64,000 nt of DNA from Styela clava (taxonomy: Eukaryota), in assembly GCF_964204865.1 (NCBI RefSeq), contig NC_135250.1:32550001-32614000 (forward strand). Reading direction: 5' to 3'. Each line of letters starts with the position of its first letter. Position 1 is the stretch's first letter. The notes beneath the pieces were generated by a model that saw nothing but the letters and a program-made list of their open reading frames with translations, was not told where the DNA came from and ran no database searches. Shown in pieces: positions 58,201-64,000 of the stretch. Made by a program: the position numbers and the translations under genes.

Positions 58201-60748
58201 CAAAAATAATATTTGATTCGATTCTGAAATCGTCAGGTATTCGAAAACGTCCAGCCTGCATACGATGAAACTACCGACGATGTATGTTCTTTGTATATAT
58301 ATTTACTGTGATGAAATCCGGCGCCCCCGTAGTATGTGAACCAAGATGGCGGACACCTGAACATAGTATGTGTACGGGGTTAGGGTTAGGCCATAATTTT
58401 ATTGCAATTTTCCCCATTTTAGTTCTATTACGAGTTCGGGGACTAACCAAGTGACTCCCGTAGTATTTGTACCTGGAATTTTGGCATGACCCCAACCTAG
58501 TACACATACTACGTTCCGGTGTCCGCCATCATGGTTCACATACTTCGGGAGTACCGTATATCCTTGTCTATTCGTAAATGTTTAAATGTGACACAAGCTT
58601 TCTGATTCTCAGGTTTTGTTCCGAAATCTCATTTCTCTTCGTATCACGCAAAAACTTTCCCGAATATCTGCAACGACGCTTTGAAGGATTTCTCAATTGA
58701 CCAAAGAAGCCACCAGGGGCGCAGGAGAGCACTAGCAGATACGATGAAAATGCAATATGCTAGAGAGATGTTGTCAGGCGAGAGAAATGTGAGACATTTT
58801 TGACACGAAGGATACTTACAGATCGTCTTGTTATTATTTTATTGTTGTTAGAATTCTCTTTTGTTGTTGTTATGATAAAATCGGTTTACTGAACCAATTC
58901 AGTGGTTGAGGATTGTATTTACCGATAGTAAGCTATTACTTTTATTTATTTTGAATATTTCTCACGGCTCTACGTGATTCGTTTTTTTTATGTGCGATGA
59001 CGTAATCAAAATAAAACTGCGCCCCTTGTGGCGGTTCCGCGTTCTTGATTTATAGTCAGGCGGAGTCGTGAAGACTGCGGTACCGGTAGTCTACTGTAAA
59101 ATATATCCCCACTAGTTCGTTTTGATTTTCGTGTCCATATTATTTGAGAATTGCGCTCTTGTTATTCATATCAGGATAACTGACACGCCTCTCTATGCCT
59201 AAACATCTGACTGATTCTATTTCCACCTCCTAAATCTGTTCCCTCAAATTTTTTCATTTCTTCATCTCGAGTAAATTTCAGCCATAAGCTGAAGAGAACG
59301 TGTAAGTCTTGCGACCCGAATATTATTAGCCTATAGATTTCACTCTGCCGCATATTAAATGGCAAATTCGCGAACTGAGATCCCACCTTGCTCTCAACTA
59401 TGTATTTCATGATTGTCATCAGTCTTATCCAATCCAGTCCTTCTCCTTTTACAGATGCTCGGGACAAAACACAAACTCCCTCTACGAGCTGTTCGTAACT
59501 CTCTACCGCCGTATATGTCGGAAAGTGCGATTGAGCGTCATGATTCTCCATACTTTCTTCCTACGTCACATCCGGAGAAATACTTCAAGTCCGGTAAGTA
59601 ATTGCGACTTATAATAATGGAACGCCATGACTGGCAAGTATAAGCGAAACTGTAGCTGAGTCGCATCCTCTTTTAAAAATTAAAGAATTTTATAGTTCAT
59701 ACAATACGATGGAGCAATCGTTTTTTGGAAGGGGGCACAAATGGAATAGCCTGGGACTCTTACCGCCTTAATCTGGCCCGGGTTATAAAGTAAAACAGAT
59801 TACGAATACTAGTTGCCATCCCCATGTACCTCCGATTGTACGGAGGCTTTTTGGTGTGCTGATGTGGGACTATTTTTTTAAGCTACTGATATTTTAACTT
59901 TGCTTAAATATTGTCATCTTTGCTTTACATAATTTGCTGTTTAAAACTTATGTCGGTCTTACTTACAGGTTACGCCGGTCACGTGCCTTTCTATAAAGAT
60001 TTGGCGGGAAACAGCTACCCTGTTGTGACCAATCAAGCATTAAAAATGTTCACGGATGACTTAACTAGAACAAAGGAACAAAAGGACAAAACCTTGTCGC
60101 ATGACGTCATAAATAAACGAAGAACCCCACGCCCACCATTGATGACGTCAAAGCCCAAGGTTTATCTGGTAGATTCAGGAATCATTCCGCGATATGGAGG
60201 ATACGTACCAGGTGAGTTATATGAAATAGAACTCTAGCACCACAGTTTGACAGCTGTGATTACAATTTACTGGTTGAGCCCTAATTTGCACAAATGCGAT
60301 CTCAGCGGTTGTGTGAGTGTGCGATGAGAGGTTATAATATAATATTTGTGAAGCCTGTCTTTAACACTGACGCTAAAGAAATTCAGTTCAGTTCATGTCG
60401 AGTATGTGATTAGTCTCTTGTTTCGGATGCGTAGACTCGATGGTGGAGGAAGTTGTAACTGACCAGCGTCCATGTGAACCACCTCAGGACAAGGAATTCA
60501 GCAATCCTGTCCTACATAATCATTTCCACGGGATTCGCAGGGTAAACAGCGGCAATCGTGCTCCCATCGTTTAGCGCAAACCGCCGAGTCTTCACTTTAT
60601 CAATGTACAGTAGTTGCGATCGTTGTCACACTTAATATGCCATTCTTGCATTTCAGGCCAAAAGTTTCGATTCGGGCACACATTCACCAATCTCACTGTC
60701 AACCCGTTGAAACTGAAGGAATCTTCGGCAATAAAGATGATGTCATAA
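55290..60748 (+). CDS. FAM166: FAM166/CIMIP2-family ciliary microtubule inner protein, 334 aa. Exons 55290-55372, 56058-56229, 57080-57179, 58613-58788, 59455-59593, 59969-60211, 60657-60748
   Basis: Exon sum 1005 nt = 335 codons, all GT-AG. Four PGYxG-type repeats: PYHIPGYVGHKHQYKYQCGDTFGVTT, MRSGYMGFVP, FKSGYAGHVPF, GIIPRYGGYVPGQKFRFGHTF. A/B paralogue not assignable. Confidence 0.88.
55603..55852. mobile_element. hAT-type MITE in FAM166-like intron 1
   Basis: TIRs CTGTGGCGTATCT / AGATACGCCACTG; degenerate TSD TTTTAACC vs CTTTACCC. Confidence 0.65.
57225..57315 (-). mobile_element. Decayed tRNA-SINE 3' fragment
   Basis: CGATAAGACGACT..TCTCGTCAAGTTACCAGTCCATGTTGGTATGGGA matches the SINE at about 18309-18378. 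Confidence 0.55.
58319..58556. mobile_element. Fold-back MITE with about 57-bp TIRs and internal TTAGGG repeats
   Basis: GTAGTATGTGAACCAAGATGGCGGACACCTGAACATAGTATGTGTAC vs GTACACATACTACGTTCCGGTGTCCGCCATCATGGTTCACATACTTC; GGGTTAGGGTTAGG directly inside the left TIR. Confidence 0.8.
60410..60590 (-). mobile_element. Decayed tRNA-SINE fragment in FAM166-like last intron
   Basis: GGTGGAGGAAGTTGTAACTGACCAGCG..GTGAACCACC..CAGCAATCCT matches the SINE body. Confidence 0.65.
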
Positions 60749-61045
60749 ATCCATGACGTCACTGAACAATAGACACATCATATCGCAGCAAAACTTTACA
60801 TTTTAAATCTCCAATTGACAACTTAGTCACGTTTATACATGGTTATTCGACCTGCTGTCTTCATATCTACTACTGTAGTCGACATGGAATTATATTTAGC
60901 CGAAGGGTTAGAATTTATCCAGGTCATATCACGTCATTAGAACGTTACATGACGTCACAGTTCCTATTTAAAATTATGATTTCCGTGGCAAACAATTTGT
61001 CATACATCCCTGATGGTTGTGGATACGAAATGATTAAGATTCAAA

Positions 61046-61550
61046 CAGTGGCGCTGCAAGACTCTCTGCCCCCCCGCAAAAATATTTCGTGGAACTGACT
61101 TTAAAAACTATCGGACATAAGCTAAAACAACGCTTTTTTGATTTCGTCAAAAAGCACAACATGTCTCTATTAAAAGGTAATGGTAACCTAAAATTTGATG
61201 TTTATCTTGGTTACTTTTATTTTTTTCATACGTGCTTCCTCTTCTGCCCTTTTTCTGCGTTTCTGTGTGCCACTGAGAGGTTTTGCTTTCGACATCATTC
61301 TGACAGCCTTCGTAATTTTGCCGGTGCGATCAAACCACAAGACGCCGAAAATCGACGATTACCTGGCATAGTTACGTAACAAAACTATTTGAGCAGAACT
61401 AACATCAACGTTGTAGAATGTGCATTACTGGTTTTGCAATGCAGCTTTTGGTTTTGCGGCTTAAATTTCTAAATTCTAACCTCTTGGGCCCCTTTGCGCT
61501 GTGGGCCCTCCCGCGACCGCGGGGGTTTGGGGGTGGATGCTACGCCACTG
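61046..61550. mobile_element. hAT-type MITE
   Basis: TIRs CAGTGGCGCTGCA / TGCTACGCCACTG; TSD GATTCAAA vs GGTTCAAA; GGGCCC subterminal repeats. Confidence 0.72.
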
Positions 61551-61976
61551 GGTTCAAATAATTTTGGCTATCAGGGTTGATCTCATAACCTGTTTGACAC
61601 ATCCGACGAATTCCGATGTTTTTATTCTCAGATATAAAATAGGTTTCAACGACAATTGCCCCTCCGTCAACTTATAAAACGAATGTAGATTGAACGTTCA
61701 AGTGTCTGAAGTTTCTCAAAGTTCTGTTGTTGCTCGAAATTATGAATTTAACATCATTATGTACGAACAATACCCCTTTTTCTAAGTCTAGGGCAGCTCA
61801 TTATATTCCCAAATATTCGCCAATTTTAACCTCAGGCGTACGCATAATAATTATATATTTTTCTAAAATCTTATTTTAATTATCATGTTATTCTCAGATT
61901 GTTTATTTTATGGGTAATAAATATTCATTCCTACCTATGTTCTGTTTTACAATCGGTGAGGGTAGGGATACTAGAA

Positions 61977-62855
61977 CAGGGTGGTCCAAGGTTGTCGGCT
62001 TCGCGGGCCACAAAGTTATTTTTGCATTGTTAGCGGGCCACAACCTGCAAAAGTCTTTCTATATCTACATATAGTGTAAGATTTTAAACTCTTTAAAATG
62101 GAAAAAATGCTTGCGCGAGAGTAAATGCTTTAAAGCAAAATCTTAAGTTTGGAAAATGCTCATTGCTCGAAATATTCTAAAATGATGTTTAAAATTTAAT
62201 TCTTTCATCACCGATACCACTTGCAGATATATATATCATAAAAGCATTGTGATATCGTCCAGCAAAAAATTCGTTTGAATTCGTAAGCTTTTTTTTAGAA
62301 CTCATGTTTACAAAATAACTTACATATAACTGAATATTGCTAGATTGATTACTATATAGACTGGTTGCGAAAAACACCCAGCATGAATTACATTGTTAAG
62401 CGTAACATTAGTATTTAGTTATCAGGCATAGTCAACCTATGCTAATAGAATCCGCATTCGATTTTTAGTTTTCTATGATGCCAGAATTGTTAGCGTATAT
62501 CCCCGACCAAAACGATAGAATGGCAGATAACAATTTAGACTGCCAAGCACACTTCGCTAGTTGCCTCAGCTAGAAATCAGTAATCAGTAGTTTATTTTCC
62601 ACCATACTTAAAATAGGCACAAACATACAAATTGCAATAAAATATAAATAGGCCATAAGGAGACGCGGAAAACCTCAGCTAGCAATTCCATGACATTATT
62701 GATGTAACAATATGTCAAAAGATTTATCTGGTTAATTTTATGACGAAACAACACAAAATGTGATTTTTTGAATACCCTCCGAATCCGACGCGGGCCACAG
62801 AAAAATGAAGCGGTGGGCCACATGTGGCCCGCGGGCCTGGGTTTTGACCACCCTG
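61977..62855. mobile_element. Young hAT/Charlie-type MITE (879 bp)
   Basis: TIRs CAGGGTGGTC / GACCACCCTG; perfect 8-bp TSD TACTAGAA; GCGGGCCACA subterminal repeats. Confidence 0.9.
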
Positions 62856-64000
62856 TACTAGAATATAACTAGATATTTGAAATCCATAGTGAAGCGCCAC
62901 CTGGAGGCCATGTAGTGTGATAAGTTTGACTATTTTTTCATGTCTTGAAACACATTTCACCTTCCCTTTCTGCAATCACGAACGTGCTTGTGAAGAAGCT
63001 TGTGACCTTATTTATTGATGCTAAATATAATATAGGAAAATATGTTTATATGTTGCGGCTCCATCCTGCCATATAAAATTTGACCAGCCATTCTAAAGCA
63101 GTGCCAGAGTGTCACTAACGTGGATGATCTTACACCAATACATGCCTTATCAGTGTTGCTTACTGCTCAAGTATTAGCATGTCATGTTACTACTCATATA
63201 TATCCAGTACCTAGGCCGCTTTGCTTGAGAACTCGGGTGTCACTAAACTGATCCCTTGAATTCCGCGAAAATTAAAACCAAAGGCCCTTGCTACCAAACA
63301 GAAGCGACAAATTAGAGGAGAATTTACTTCTAAATAGTTGTCTTTAACATATGTCGCTGATATTAACGCATGGTTCTCCCAGGAATATAAAGCAAAACTT
63401 CGACCTTCGCCGTTGCGTAAGAACTGGTCCTTGTAATAAAAAAGAGGACGGGTGGAAATAGCTCACCAACATTATAATGTTTAGCGTTCGTGATGCATGT
63501 TGTATACATATTAAAAATACCTGATTTTCAACAATTCGGTAAAAATATTCGATTCGATAAAAATGTTCTATTTTGTCCACCGTTGCGATCTGTAATCACG
63601 CCAGTAATCTGGCGAAACGCATGGTATCCCAAACACTGATGCATAAAATAAAACCTTCATTAATTTTAGTAAATTGCACTATTTCGCGTGGTGGAATTGA
63701 CGATTATTTCGTATCTCAAACACAAAAAACGGTTATCTTTTTCAGATAGTGTCGGCGGAGTTAAAAGTCGAATAAGCGTTTCGACACAGTAAATGCTATG
63801 ATCTTTGCCATCAAATTATGCTCGGGCCTTGCACGAAATTCATAACGTGAAAAGTTACGTCCAGTGGTGAAATTTGTTTAAACAACTTTTAACCTATTTA
63901 GTGTTTTTAACAATAATTTTTAATTATTGAAATGCAATATTAACATCGTTGAATGATTTTGGCAATGGGAGAAACATATTAAACTGTAACAAAAATGAAT

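Noticed and set aside
59171-59551. 126-aa minus-strand ORF
   Set aside because: Partly antisense to FAM166-like exon 5, otherwise intronic; no motif support.
63290-63650. Possible decayed LINE reverse transcriptase fragment (YASVFG..)
   Set aside because: Similarity too weak and fragmented to support by eye.

Overview
AT-rich, intron-containing eukaryotic (animal) DNA. The gene set, TE types and TGACGTCA-rich exons suggest a tunicate/ascidian, but this is inference only. I assembled six spliced protein-coding genes by hand from GT-AG boundaries and frame continuity: (1-2) two tandem double-MARVEL MYADM-like paralogues (+; 369-2995, 5'-partial, and 6611-11218); (3) RPS18 (-, 12559-17955) with a TCT/5'TOP start; (4) a MYSM1-like SWIRM+JAMM deubiquitinase (-, 29574-41379) with no visible SANT domain; (5) an intron-poor NDRG (-, 43426-44844); (6) a FAM166/CIMIP2-like ciliary protein (+, 55290-60748) with upstream RFX X-boxes. 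The RPS18 introns hold two box C/D snoRNAs that the ORF track does not show (SNORD46-like and SNORD79-like, both predicted to target 28S rRNA) and a hairpin cluster next to a 5' splice site. Positions 19-28 kb are a nested transposon stack: a ZMYM1-type hAT transposase pseudogene split by a Charlie-type element, which carries a SINE, which is itself split by a SPIN/Buster derivative. Many MITEs, a tRNA-derived SINE family and a LINE 3' fragment fill introns and intergenic space. No CRISPR, rRNA or true tRNA gene was found. Family assignments come from recalled motifs, not database searches.
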